This document shows, piece after piece, positions 24,792 through 37,739 of a stretch of DNA of 64,000 nucleotides. The stretch spans positions 141,980,001 through 142,044,000 of the forward strand of contig NC_043000.1 of assembly GCF_006345805.1 (NCBI RefSeq), read 5' to 3'. The DNA comes from Octopus sinensis (Eukaryota). The notes beneath the pieces were generated by a model. The model did not search any database. It was given only the letters and a program-made list of their open reading frames with translations, and was not told the origin of the DNA. A program made the position numbers and the translations under genes. The first letter of the stretch is position 1. Every line of letters starts with the position of its first letter.

Positions 24792-25068
24792 CGAAATAAG
24801 GTTTGAAAATGCAATTTTAAAAGATGTTTATTTACTTTACCGGTTTCACTCTTTGGAAAAAGATTGTAAAAAGTAACATGTAGAAGTTTGGTGGCGTTAA
24901 TTATTGGTTGTTACCAAAGACTGTATATATGTAATGTAGCAATTTGTAACAACCAATAATTAACGCAACCAAACTTCTACATGTTACATTTGACAATCTT
25001 TTTCCAAAGAGTGAAACCGGTAAAGTAAATAAATATCTTTTAAAATTGCATTTTCAAACCTTCTTTCG
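24792..25068. mobile_element. Palindromic MITE with 123-bp TIRs, TA-flanked (Tc1/mariner-like)
   Basis: Arms 24792-24914 and 24946-25068 are near-perfect reverse complements; 31-bp spacer; TA on both sides. Confidence 0.85.
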
Positions 25069-25107
25069 TATATAATTCCACTCGTGCGCTACCCTACAAC
25101 TCCATTT

Positions 25108-25138
<31 letters not shown>

Positions 25139-25193
25139 CACGCGCAAATAATATATTTGAAACAGAATAGTGAAAACATGCATTCATAGATAT

Positions 25194-25578
25194 ACTCGTT
25201 ACTCCTTACTCTTTTAGTTGTTTCAGTAATTTGACTGCGGCTATGCTGGATCACCGCCTTTAGTCGAGCAAGTCGCCCCCAGGACTTATTTTTGGACGCC
25301 ATTCTATCGGTCTCTATTGCCGAACCACTAAGTTACGAGGACGTAAACACACCAGCATCGGTTGTCAAGCGATGTTGGGGGTAAAAACACAGACACACAA
25401 ACATATACACACACATTTATACGACGGGCTTCTTTCAGTTTCCGTCTACCAAATCCACTCACAAGGCTTTGGTCGGCCTGAGGCTATAGTAGAAGACACA
25501 TGCCCAAGGTGTCACGCAGTGAGAATGAACCCGAACCATGTGGTTGGTAAGCAAGCTACTTACCACACAGCCACCCCT
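25194..25578 (-). mobile_element. SINE family B
   Basis: Reverse-complement match to family B. Confidence 0.9.
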
Positions 25579-25612
25579 ATTTATATTTATAAATGTGTGA
25601 GTATTTACATAA

Positions 25613-25614
25613 AT

Positions 25615-25677
<63 letters not shown>

Positions 25678-25684
25678 CACACAT
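25613..25684. repeat. (CA)n microsatellite
   Basis: Direct reading. Confidence 0.95.
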
Positions 25685-25863
25685 AGATATATGTAGGAAT
25701 GTATGCTCTCGCAATATTGTTTCAAAAACATAAACATGAATATTCATTTGTTTACGATCATCTAATTAACGTATCTATCTAAATACAAAATGAAAGTGCG
25801 GAAAATATTAAATACTGTTTTATAATTGAACATAATACATATATCACGTACAAATATCACATA

Positions 25864-26286
25864 GGCGTAGGAGTGGCTGTGTGGTAAGTAGCTTGTTTAC
25901 CAACCACATGGCTCCGGGTTCAGTCCCACTGGGTGGCACCTTGGGCAATTGTCTTCTACTACAGCCTCGGGCCGACCAAAGCCTTGTGAGTGGATTTGGT
26001 AGACGGAAACTGAAAGAAGCCCGTCGTATATATGTATATATATATATATGTGTGTGTCTGCATGTATGTTTGTGTGTCTGTGTTTGTCCCCCTAGCATTG
26101 CTTGACAACCGATGCTGGTGTGCTTACGTCCCCGTCACTTAGCGGTTCGGCAAAAAGAGACCGATAGAATAAGTACTGGGCTTACAAAAAGAATAAGTCC
26201 CGGGGTCGAGTAGCTCGACTAAAGGCGGTGCTCCAGCATGGCCGCAGTCAAATGACTGAAAAGAGTAAAAAGAGAGTAGAAAGAGT
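25864..26286 (+). mobile_element. SINE family B, full length, ~10-bp TSD
   Basis: ATATCACATA at 25854-25863 and 26287-26296. Confidence 0.93.
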
Positions 26287-27215
26287 ATATCACATACATT
26301 TTAGTTAGGTTGTACACTTTTCAGAACATCATTTCATTATCTTCAGGTTTTCAAAACACATTCAGATAATATCAAATTGCTGTCAGAAAATCATAGAAAT
26401 ATAAGGACATTCCGAACAGTTCAAAGAACTGAAACTATTAAGCAGACTGAAGATAATAAAAATGTTTCAACTTCGAGAATCTTAGCTCCTACTCCGTGCT
26501 TACAACATGACATCGGATTAAGTTTACTGATGGGCGTATATAGGATTGCATAGTATAGATATTATTTTTCCACCATATGCTTACAAGTGTGAGTTGCAGG
26601 GGGAAAATTATCATGTTAAATGCTTTTTACTGAATAAATTTGTTTGGAGACTGAAACTACTCAGAATCATGTAGAAACAATACAGCAACAACTGTTTGAA
26701 TTCTATCTGAACTATAAATTCTGCCATTTTCATGTAACCTAAACCTATCACATATAATCTAGACCGATAACCTATAATGAATAACCTTCAAAACATACTA
26801 CATTAAATTCAGGAAAATTGTGTTTTCTCGCAAACTTTATTGTTTGCCAAGTCCTAGTTATTAATGAAGATACTTGCTTGCAATGTTATATTATTAACAC
26901 AGTAAATATTCCACCTGAAAGACAAGCACACATCTTCAGAAGTGCTCACACACAACTGCTAGCCATCATTAAATCTCAGTTAAATGGATAATGTATTGGT
27001 ATTTTACATCTGCAACTAATATTCAAACGGATATCATCGGCCGTATTAAAATCAATGTCGTAACATATTATGGTTTCTGGTCCATAGATTTACTCCCGAT
27101 CATTCCTGGTTTTTCTACCGTTACTCATTTGTTTCTGTTCCTCAGTCATGGATACTCTAATATCATCTTTTAGCTACTATAGACTTACAAAATCGTGTTC
27201 CGCTGGTCACACATA

Positions 27216-27607
27216 TCTTTATATATAAAACTGTAGTTGTGTGAGTGTCTGTCCCCTTCGATTTAGATTCCTAACTACTCCCACATTTTGCAGTGCAGTT
27301 TAACCAAAACCGTGTATCTTATAGTCGTGATTCATATCGAGCCCTTCTGGGTATTAGCGCGCGTCTACGATGAGTCTACGATTTTAAAAATAATTTACCA
27401 TCATTTTTTTCCATTTTCATGCATATTTTTTTAAGGGAAGTAACTCTCTAAAAATGTCTACGATGAGTCAACGATTTAAAAAACAATTACCATCATATTT
27501 TTTCCATTTTTAATGCATTTTTTTGCTATTTTTTGGCTATAACTTTTTAAAAATGCTGTATAGTTATTTCCCTTACAAACCCAAGCAACGCCGGGCGGTA
27601 CTGGTAG
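27216..27607 (+). mobile_element. Non-autonomous Helitron-like element
   Basis: A|TCTTTATATATAAAA start, internal ~90-bp duplication, subterminal hairpin cccaagcaacgccggg, end ...CTGGTAG|T; second copy at 37478. Confidence 0.8.
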
Positions 27608-28145
27608 TTCTACATAAAACAAATAACCTTGCAATAACCTAATTGCCAGTATTTCTTATTCCTCCTGAATATTTGACTTTCATACGTTTCCCTAAGGTTT
27701 CGATTTACAACAACTTGTGTAGAAGGTTAACCGCATCAGTTTCACTGATCTTAGAAGGCCAGTGAAACCCATTTCCACGATCTTTCCTTCAAGTCAATTT
27801 GACATTCTACGTGTAAGTATGTGTGCGCATGTGTACGGATTTGCTTGTATGTGTGTATGGATGCTAGAGTTTCATGTCATGCGCTCGCAATCTCACGTAG
27901 TATTCGTCATTCTTGTGCTGATGTATTTCAAACAAAGTCAGTTCATTTTACCTTCTTTCTTTATACTCGACAGAAATGAACCACAGCCACCACTACTTTA
28001 AATACATACATGAAGGCCGTTTGCTGAAGTCAAATGAAAGACTGAGAGATTGTCATTGTTTTCTGTCTACTCAAGTACGTATAACAATTAGCGAAATCAA
28101 CGTGCAGGCTTCAAAATCATATATTCGCTAGTTACTTGTATAGTA

Positions 28146-28689
28146 CAGGGTCAGGCAAAATGATCTGACACATTTGTAGGTTAAATAAAAGGCATTGTTT
28201 TTCAGTTGCTGCCATGAATTGGACTGGTGAGCATCGCGCTTTCATTGTGGAAACGTTTATCAAAACAAACGATTCTGTAACTGCAACACAAAGAGCGTTC
28301 CGTTTGCACTTCAATCTTGGTAGACATGATCCTGTACCAGCTCGAAACACGATCTTGTTATGGGTTACCAACTTCAGAGCTACTGGATCTCCATTGAAAC
28401 GAAAATCAACCGGCCGACCTCGCACCTCCAGAACTTAAAGATGCATTTCGTCAAGAAATTACTGCCATTCCACATGAAATGACCCGCCGAGTTATTGACA
28501 AATTTCGTGAACGCCTTCGACAGTGTGTGGACAATAATGGATCCCATTTGACTGATTTGATTTTTAAAACATAATGAAACAAAATGGCATTATATGTACT
28601 TTTCAAAAATAAAAACACTTTTTTGTTTCTTTACTTCATTTGCCTTTTATTTAACCTACAAATGTGTCGGATCATTTTACCTGACCCTG
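28146..28689 (+). mobile_element. Internally deleted IS630-Tc1-mariner element with intact TIRs
   Basis: 49-bp TIRs (47/49 match), TA flanks; N-terminal HTH MNWTGEHRAFIVETF...TGRPRT joined to C-terminal LKDAFRQEITAIP...RLRQCVDNNGSHL; catalytic core absent. Confidence 0.92.
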
Positions 28690-29065
28690 TATATACTGCA
28701 AGTAATTACACATACACATATGAACCTGCAGTTGCAAACACAGATTTATATATAGTGTATGTGTTTCTGTGCGTGATTGACAGCTTTTGTTTACCTCTTC
28801 GTTGACGTACAGGAATGCTTAATATATATTGAAATACATATACACGTGTTTATAGAAAATATGAATCTACATTGCAACTGTTCAACAAAAGATCTAAATA
28901 TATAGAATATAAATATGAGTACATATTTGAAGTTTGAACTATTATCACCTCAGTAAAAATATGAACTATATAAGCACCATTTGATATCGAATGCCAGTTA
29001 TACATTTGAATGCAAAGTGTAATACAAACGCCTCTTTAGTGGCAACGTAAACTCTCTAAAATGTG

Positions 29066-29720
29066 AGTTAGTTAGTTAGTTAATTTTTTGGCTCAAAAAG
29101 CATAAAGCAAGGCCATGTAGGGGGACATGGAGTTATGTACAGGGTGGTGTTCATGTAAAGAGTTCAGGCCACTTGAGGTCAAGGGAGACTTTGAACCGAG
29201 CGGTCGTCGGCATCTTCACCATCTCGTCTGGCAGCTTATTCCACGGATCCGCAACCCGGACGGAGAAAGCCCCTCTCCTTCGATTGAGATGAAATCGTCG
29301 CAGATAGAGCCTTTCGGAATGACCCCGCAGCCGACGCTCTGGAGCAGGGGTGAAGAACAGTTCTTTCGAGAGGTTACACTTTCCGCTTATGATGTTGTGA
29401 GCAAGAATGAGATCTCCACGGCGTCGTCGTTTTTCTAGAGAATAAAGGTCGAGCGTCTTCAGCCTTTCTTCATAAGACAAATTCTTGAGACGAAGACCAT
29501 GCGGGTAGCCAGCTTCTGGACTCTTTCGAGATGCTGTATGTCTTTGAGGAGATACGGAGAAGAGGTTTGAATCCCGTACTCCAATATGGGTCTCAGCAGC
29601 GTGACATAGAGTGGTAGGAATATGGCTGCTGTGAACATTCCGAATGACCGTCGAATCAAGAACAGAACTCCGCGTGCTTTGTTGGCAGCATGGACGCACT
29701 GGGCCGAAGGCGAAAAGGAG
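29066..29720 (-). mobile_element. 5'-truncated CR1-clade LINE
   Basis: LYVTLLRPILEYG...LERVQKLATRM/LKNLSYEERLKTLDLYSLEKRRRRGDLI...WNKLP; tail hairpin ccatgt-ccccct-acatgg and (TAAC)n. Confidence 0.93.
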
Positions 29721-31343
29721 TAAATGAGACTAGACACGATTAGCAACATAAGTATTCCATTTTTACCAAAGAAAGTCGATTTTATTATTAGAGACGTTGA
29801 AAGTAATGATGTTGTTGCTTTTTGCCTCGTGTGAATTCTGGTCGAGAATTATTATGAATACCATTCCATCGATGGCCATCCTTGTATCATGTCTGTCAAT
29901 TGGTTGTAACACCACATAATATTCACCAAATATCATTCACATTTTATAGGCTGCTAGATGTGTTATTTGAGAAAAACATGGTCCATATTGCACGTTACTG
30001 GAGAGTTTGAAGTCTGCATGTCTACTCAGGTGTGATTATGTCACCTTTCGAATGCCAGAGATCTCATTAGCAAATGTTGAAGATGGTAGAATTTCGCTAA
30101 TATAACTAATACGGTGAGCCTCAAAGCGACTGCATCGATATTTAGGAGTTTCGTCACTCAACTGTAACTTCGAAGTATAGCGAAAACAGTTATGTTTAAT
30201 ATATTATATGTTTTCTGTTCGCATCTAAGATGCAATATAACAATATATATCGTCACAATACTTCATTAATACTTTGATAATCTGTTAGAATGAAATGTAA
30301 AGCTGACTTTTCCAGGATTTGTACATATTACTTTTTCTTTGTACATCCTAGCTTTTATGAATATACATATGTGTGTATAACATACACTTGTCAGAAATGA
30401 CAAAGAACTGAGCGTAAATATCTTAGTAAATTTATTCCAGCAATGAAAATGAGGAAGGATTGTTATTAAAAACGTGTTCATAAAGGGATTGAACAGCTAT
30501 AACTTTTGAGAATGACGTTTCACTGAATTGGAGATATTACTTTAGCAATTCCCAGAAGAAGTGGAGAATTTTAATTGCAAATTATTAAAGTGTGGCTTGT
30601 GGTTAAATGTTATTTTTTTCTGCACTCTTTCTTTTCAACGCAGATACAGTTATAATTATTTCTTCCTCTTATGTTCTGATAGTTTTATCAGCTGTTGCTT
30701 CTGGATAAGACTGACTGAGGGTTTGGAGAGAAAGCAAGTCGAAATGGAAATATATATGAAAATACATCTTGTACAAATAGATTTCATAGAAAATGTTAAA
30801 CTACTGCACCAACTCCAAAGTATAAAATGTGCAAAGAAGTTTGAGAATTGTTTAGTCACGTACAAATGCGTAAATACTATAAAGTATGACAAATAGTAGA
30901 ACAGAGCACTCAGTGAATTCATTCCAGCAGTGGCCAGTCTCTTTGTATATGTAGGACGTCTTTGTCCTATACCTTTTAATACGGCTGCAATACTGAAATG
31001 AAAATAAGTCAGAAAATAAAAGAAACAGGTGTAACAAAGACTGAAACATGCACATCGAAAGAAGAGAAGACAATAGGCGGAAATAGTGTCTGTTGAAAAT
31101 ATACAATGCTGTTGACTTTTACATTAGACAATGATCGATGACAAGTATCTATAGCACTCGCGTACAAGCGAATGGACAAATATTGCGAGTAGTACGGTAT
31201 TGTATCTACACGTTGAGCCGTAATCACCCAATCTACTAGAATTAACTATCAAATCTACGTAAAATAACTCACTGCTATCCAATCACCCTAAGTTCTAGGC
31301 TTGTAAGGCAGACAGACCTAGTAGTGCAACCCAGGCAAACCTA

Positions 31344-31687
31344 GTAGCGAAATCTCCCAAAACTCATACACATACAATTTTAAAACTGTTCAACAATGAC
31401 TATGTAATACCTGATGTATGACAAAACTTGTAGCGAAATCTCCCAAAACTCATACACATACAATTTTAAAACTGTTCAACAATGACTATGTAATACCTGA
31501 TGTATGACAAAACTTGTAGCGAAATCTCCCAAAACTCATACACATACAATTTTAAAACGGTTCATCAATGACTATGTAATACCTGATGTATGACAAAACT
31601 TGTAGCGAAATCTCCCAAAATTCATACACATACAATTTTAAAACGGTTCAGCAATGACTATGTAATACCTGATGTATGACAAAACGT
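31344..31687. repeat. Minisatellite, 4 x 86 bp
   Basis: Units start at 31344, 31430, 31516, 31602. Confidence 0.95.
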
Positions 31688-32242
31688 GGGGATGTTCATG
31701 AGGCAAAATCGTTCGTGACACGTCCACTGAATCGGTTTACATGCGGTGAAACTAAAGAAAACATACCAAATAAACTTGGAAAGCAGATGAAAAGCGATTA
31801 ACCCGGGTTTATATATGCAAACAGAAGCAAACTATTCATGAATTAGCAGAGTCTTGCTTAGTTCTTTTTGAAATTAATACAATCGTATATATCTAAATTT
31901 ATTGAATGGTATTTCCTTTAGTCTCCCTGTATTTCAATGCAGGACATGAATTACATATAAAATTAACATTCTGAAAATAAAATGATATACAATAACCTTT
32001 AAAAGGTCTATGATTATAACAGGAACGTTCAGCTAAGAAGGTGTGATCTCAACCAAAACGAAGATTTAAACATTCAAAATTAAGGGAACCTGTTTCAGAA
32101 TCTTCATGCGTAGAGATTGTCTAAACGGACGGTGCAGCTAAAGCATAAATTTTAAAACAATGTCTATGTAATAGGGGGTAACTGCTTAAAAACGGTCTGT
32201 TAACAAGTCGGCGGGGAACGGAAGATTTTTATTGATTCAAAA

Positions 32243-32315
32243 ATGAAAAGCAAAGACTGGAGTGTACACTACCGTCAGAAATTAATTAGCACCCTTGATT
32301 TGCTCTTCACTCAAG
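32243..32315 (+). CDS. Putative exon of an unidentified host gene
   Basis: Open frame MKSKDWSVHYRQKLISTLDLLFTQ ending at strong donor AAG|gtatgt; link to downstream exons is inferred. Confidence 0.3.
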
Positions 32316-33133
32316 GTATGTGCTGTCACCTAGTGGCCATATCTCGAACTATTGCTTTGTTGCGAGTTCACTGTTGCGCAGAACGATGACGTGACTTTGT
32401 TTGCAGAGCAGTTTGAGAGTCTACAGCCTTATGATGTTGACATAGCAGTGCAACAACTTGGAGTGCGGATGCAGACAAATCTTCCTTTGTTTAATAGATA
32501 TAGGTAGCGCCTCGCAAGGACCGAAATCACACCATACTAAGTTTTCTCATCGCGTAAGACGTTTTGAACAGCTCATAGGTTAATTGATTTAACCTATTTA
32601 ATGTAGAAATTTGAGAAGTGCTAATTAATTTCTGACGCAAGTGTACATATATTTTTATGACGGCGGTGTGTATATGTTGTAAATGGCGAGAGCGGGTGAT
32701 TTTAATAGTGCATTGCTGTGGATACTTTAGCGAATATTGTGATGGATCTATACTTATAATGGGCAGTAATTCTTAAAAAGAATTATTGCACCTCCTACAA
32801 TGAATTTATTTCAGGAAGTGTAAGATGTTTCGACTGTGCAATGACGATACACCCATATATTCTCTCACATTCTCACAGTCTGAAATACACAGTTATGTTT
32901 TGAGAATGTTCTGCATTATCTAAAATAACATAATTAATAGTAGTATGCTTATACTATTAAGGCTTGTGATATTGACGTTCAAAATAAGCTTCTCCAATAA
33001 TACAACACATTCTTTAAAGTTGATGGAAATTTTAACTTCAAAGTTTTCTAGAATGTACAAAAAGAAATAACAATGTTTGAAAAAAGAGAGCAGTGTAATG
33101 TATAATTTTTGAACTGGAATAGTACATATTTAA

Positions 33134-33517
33134 GTGGAGGCGCAATGGCCCAGTGGTTAGGGCAGCGGACTCGCGGTCATAGGATCGCGGTTTCGATTCC
33201 CAGACCGGGCGTTGTGAGTGTTTATTGAGCGAAAACACCTAAAAGCTTCACGATGCTACGGCAGGGGGTGGTGGTGATCCCTGTTGTACTCTTTCACCAC
33301 AACTTTCTCTCACTCTTACTTCTTGTTTCTGTTGTACCTGTATTTCAAAGGGCTGGCCTTGTCACTCTCTGTGTCACGCTGAATATCCCCGAGAACTACG
33401 TTAAGGGTACACGTGTCTGTGGAGTGCTCAGCCACTTACACGTTAATTTCACGAGCAGGCTGTTCCATTGATTCGGATCAACCGGAACCCTCGTCGTCGT
33501 AACCGACGGAGTGCTTC
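33134..33517 (+). mobile_element. SINE family C, full length
   Basis: Same family as 24141-24529. Confidence 0.93.
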
Positions 33518-34478
33518 GATCCAGTACATATCTAAGTATTATTATAATAATCGTATTATTTGATATTTCCTGAAATAATTGAAGTTTCATTTGGCGGGCC
33601 AGTTATTACGTGTTATAACTATCCGATGTTTTCATCTTTTATACCAACAAATATTATATTGTGTGTGTGAGAGTGTATGTGCTTGTGCGTCAAAAGTGTG
33701 CATGAGTATGTGTATGTGTATACGTTATAATCTCTAAAAAAAAGGCAATAGGAAGAACACTACACAGTAATGAAATATACAACCTTTACACATTTTTAAC
33801 CTTAGATTAAATATGGCGACAAAATTAACCCTGCTTAAGATTCTGATTTTCCCTGTCGTATATATACACTAGCCTATAGAACTATTTAGGAAACCTGATG
33901 CACATTACAAATAGAAGTATTTCGATCATTCCACGCGTCTTGGGTATTCAAAAATCTAAAATAGAAATTTGTCAGATCTATGCTATTGTACAAAAGGTCT
34001 TAAAATGAATATTGTGTATATCTCCAACTGCGGTTGAAATAGCGTATAACTAAACACTAAATAATATAGAGCAAACACCTTCATATGTATAAGGAATAAT
34101 GACTCACCATAAACCCTATAATATAGCGTGATATTCGATAGGCTTAACGTGATGGTTAATTATAGCTCCACCGCTTATATGAAGCAACTTATATTACACA
34201 AGTGTACTAAATATACTGAGTCCGGTTGCTCCTCCACATTCTTGCTGAATGGTTGTTCCTACAGTTGCGAAACCACAATTAACGAAATCTCTCAAATCAT
34301 GAAAGTAACAAATGTTTTCTGATCTTTCAACCTTACTTTATTGGCCTATCTTCCTATCTGCAACTGAGTAATGTTCGTTACCGTTTAAATATTTTTTTCT
34401 CTTGTCATAAACGTTCAAATAAATATCATTATATTCCTTTTATCATTTCATTTATTCCACTTATCAGGTCTGTTTCAG

Positions 34479-34527
34479 AAGCAAATCACCCTTTAACCTC
34501 AGATGTTGTATCCAATTACCTGAGCAG
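34479..34527 (+). CDS. Putative internal exon
   Basis: tgtttcag acceptor, weak gtttcg donor; open frame ANHPLTSDVVSNYLS; phases fit neighbours. Confidence 0.3.
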
Positions 34528-34630
34528 GTTTCGAACGAATATTCCACTTTGCACTCAATGCACAAAATGGAAGTGATCAGAACGTCCTCTCTGTACTCGA
34601 TCACACACCACATTAATTGATGTTTTACAG

Positions 34631-34726
34631 ATTTTTTTTAATAGCATTCAGTGTAAAGCGATTGATATTCGGACAGCAAACTGACCATTCTGAATATCAT
34701 GGCGATATCGGTTTGGGTATATTAAG
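34631..34726 (+). CDS. Putative internal exon
   Basis: gttttacag acceptor, AAG|gtaaat donor; only open frame FFLIAFSVKRLIFGQQTDHSEYHGDIGLGIL. Confidence 0.45.
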
Positions 34727-34901
34727 GTAAATTTTACATAAACTGTATTATCCCTTATAATGAAATATTCCTGCTTTTTATCTGCAAATTACGTGGCCAG
34801 TTGTTTATGTATGTATATTTTTTTCCGATGTGTGTGCGATCGATATTTCTCTCTATGTTTCTAATTATATCTATTTCAAATAATCATTTTTCTCTTCTCA
34901 G

Positions 34902-34962
34902 ACCTATAATAATACTCTTTGGCACGGCTTACCATAAAAGAAGGAAAAAGAAATATAAAGAG
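34902..34962 (+). CDS. Putative internal exon
   Basis: Strong acceptor tttttctcttctcag, donor GAG|gtatat; only open frame (R)PIIILFGTAYHKRRKKKYKE, in phase with the previous exon. Confidence 0.45.
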
Positions 34963-35496
34963 GTATATTTATACAATTGTATTTAAGTTATTGTCATATG
35001 CCATTAATTCTCTGTAATTTTCTTTAAAATATATCAGTTGCTGCACTGTCTTTTATGGATTTAGCATTCACCAGAAATAGATATTTTATAAGGTTTCATT
35101 AAGCAGAGATTAACATTAAACCAGAAATAACGGCTGCTTTTATATTATTTGAACCAGATCTCAGCGTAAAAATATGTCTACTTAAAATTTAACATACGGT
35201 TTTAACACTTTCAATCCTTGACATTTGGTTTTATTATTCATTTAGCATTTCAAAATAGCAACAAGAAAATATTCTGAAAATATTTCTAACGCCCCAAAAA
35301 TGAATTGAATAATTAAATCAATAAATTTTCTAGTTGTGAATCCAAGAAATGTGTGTCAGTCAGAAATGTAATAAATAGATCAGAGATTACTTATTTTTTA
35401 ATTCATATTCACAGCAGCATTAATTTATAAATTTTTTCATCATATTTATTGTTTTTTTTTTATTTCTTTATTTCAATACCATTTTCGGATTTTCAG

Positions 35497-35544
35497 AAAT
35501 TGTACAAATATTACTTAAATGAAGATATTTCTAATCCACAATGA
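35497..35544 (+). CDS. Putative terminal coding exon
   Basis: Long polypyrimidine tract and ttttcag acceptor; phase-0 frame KLYKYYLNEDISNPQ*. Confidence 0.3.
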   Translation, partial: KLYKYYLNEDISNPQ

Positions 35545-37149
35545 TTTAACAACCGTCTACAGTCGTAGAGTGACTTAAATTAAAAGTTTTAGAAGTTTTG
35601 CATCAATTTATTGTAATTCTATTGTTATAATCAAAATCTCATATTCCTACATATCAAGGACTCCATTGCGCAATAAAAAACCCATTTCGTATGACCATGC
35701 ACTATTACATCTTTTACCGGAGTTGTCTATTGTTACAGGAGATGTTTTGATATAATACATATTTTTACATATTCATTATAAGTTCAGAAAGGATTGAAAC
35801 GAAAGGTATCTGCTGTAAGAGTGAATAAACATGCATTGATGTTACACACTATTTTTCACAGGGGATATTTACTTCTTCAATAAACTGTAACCATTTTATG
35901 TATTAGCTGACTTTGTTACTACCAATATTCTAAAAGTAATGATAATAGCCTACCTCATGGATTATTTGAGCATGAGAAGAAATTTACCTTTATTAATTTC
36001 GGAGCGATATCTTTTCGAAAACTATTGTTACATTCTGTATTGTATCCACCTTCTCGAATAACCTAAAAGCAATAGCTGTTCAAAAGTTGGCAATTCAACA
36101 TGTTGATATTGAGGAAAACTCATATTTACTTTGCTTTTACTATGAAAATCTTGCTGGTTCAAGAATATAATCGCATCCATTCCTTCATTGATTTTCACGT
36201 ACAAAATACGAAGTGTTCGACAGACTGATTTACTTTCCAGTTATCAATGAACTAATAACATATTTCATACACCTTACTGGAAAATAACACAACACCCTAC
36301 AAAGAAGGAAAGATATTAACTTCAGTTTTTTGCTTGTTTATATCGTGTTTGGCTATGAACCAAGTTTCAGTTTTATCGTTAATAGTGAAATATATATCGT
36401 AACATCCCAATATATTAGATATTTTTTATGAAGGAAAACTGCAATAAAATCAAAAGCGACATAAGGACCAAAATCAGCAATAACTACTGTTGCAATAACA
36501 TATAACTTTGACCAGTCTCTGTGTTACTAAGGAATGTGTGCTTCAGTACAGGATATTACATCCGAGTGAAACGCATATAATACACGTTGTGTATTAGGAT
36601 TTCAAGAAACTATGTCATTGGGAATTCTATTATAAAGCAATAAGCCTTAAGTTGATGAATGATATGTTAGATTTCCACTGAGGACTCTTAAATTGGTAAC
36701 CATTATATGTATCGGAAAACGATATTGAAAATTTGGATTCTCGAACATTATCCTTCCAAGTACTACCTTAGTATATAAGACATCTGAAAGAAATTTCATT
36801 CCCGTGACCGAAGATTTCCCACGAGACATTTACTTGCTATTCATTACATCTTCAATCGAAACCCAATTTAATAGCTTGTATAAAGTGTACTGCTCAAGAA
36901 AATTACGCTCTTATTCTGTCTGTAAACCTCAAGCGTTAACTGGATCCGTTTGAGATTGCATGAAATATTGGTGTTCTGTAGTTTCTATCACAATTGGACA
37001 GAGAAAACACGTAAGCAGTATTTTGTCATTCATACATGAGTGTCATCATGCTGCTGAATATAGAATCTAATCAAATGTGTATAATATAAGTCTACACTTA
37101 TAAACATAAAGTTTACACGCAAAATATTACTGCATTAATATATGCACAT

Positions 37150-37477
37150 GAATGCATACAAGTGCAGTTTTATCCAGGTGTTTTCTATTTTTCGCTCATG
37201 TTGGCAGATATTTCGTTGAACATAGCGTCGTTTTATTTTTAAATCTTCGTACAGCGGCGCGAGGCTTTTTCTTTTGCTTCTACCTCGGCATATTTTCATC
37301 GCTCTATTAGGCTGTTCTTTTCCAACCTCAACTGATTCATTTTCCCGTTCCTCCTACTTGATCCACACTTACCATTAGTCGATCGGCCCCCATATTCTTT
37401 TACTCCAAATAATTCCAATTCTATATCGTATATTGAACTTGCTAACTTTCCCAGTTTTTCCTCTGTAGATCTTGTCA
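37150..37477 (-). mobile_element. Probable HERO/NeSL-like RLE retrotransposon remnant (pre-RT region)
   Basis: EEKLGKLASSIY...FG...SSRR...QLRLEKNSLIER*KYAE...LAPLYEDLK resembles my recollection of this region; abuts the Helitron. Confidence 0.4.
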
Positions 37478-37739
37478 TCTTTATATATAAAAGTAAGGTT
37501 GTGTGTCTGTCTCCTACGATTTAGATTCCTAACTACTCCCACATTTTGCGGTGCAGTTTAACCAAAACCGGGTATCTTATAGTCGTGATTCATATCCAGC
37601 CCTTCTGGATATTAGCGCGCGTCTACGATGAGTCTACGATTTTAAAAATAATTTACCATCATTTTTTTCAATTTTACTGCATTTTGTCGCTATTATATGA
37701 GGGAAGTAACTCTCTAAAATTGTCGGGCGATACTGCTAG
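37478..37739 (+). mobile_element. Non-autonomous Helitron-like element (shorter copy)
   Basis: A|TCTTTATATATAAAA ... CTGCTAG|T; high identity to 27216-27607. Confidence 0.82.

Noticed and set aside
30865-30992. Minus-strand exon (ttttcatttcag acceptor, GTACGT donor)
   Set aside because: Two frames are open but neither is recognisable and I found no partner exon.
31344-31687. CRISPR-like array
   Set aside because: Units are contiguous with no unique spacers, and the context is eukaryotic with no cas genes.
33134-33215. tRNA gene
   Set aside because: A and B boxes are present, but the sequence continues into a SINE body seen twice in the window. All tRNA-like heads here are SINE heads.
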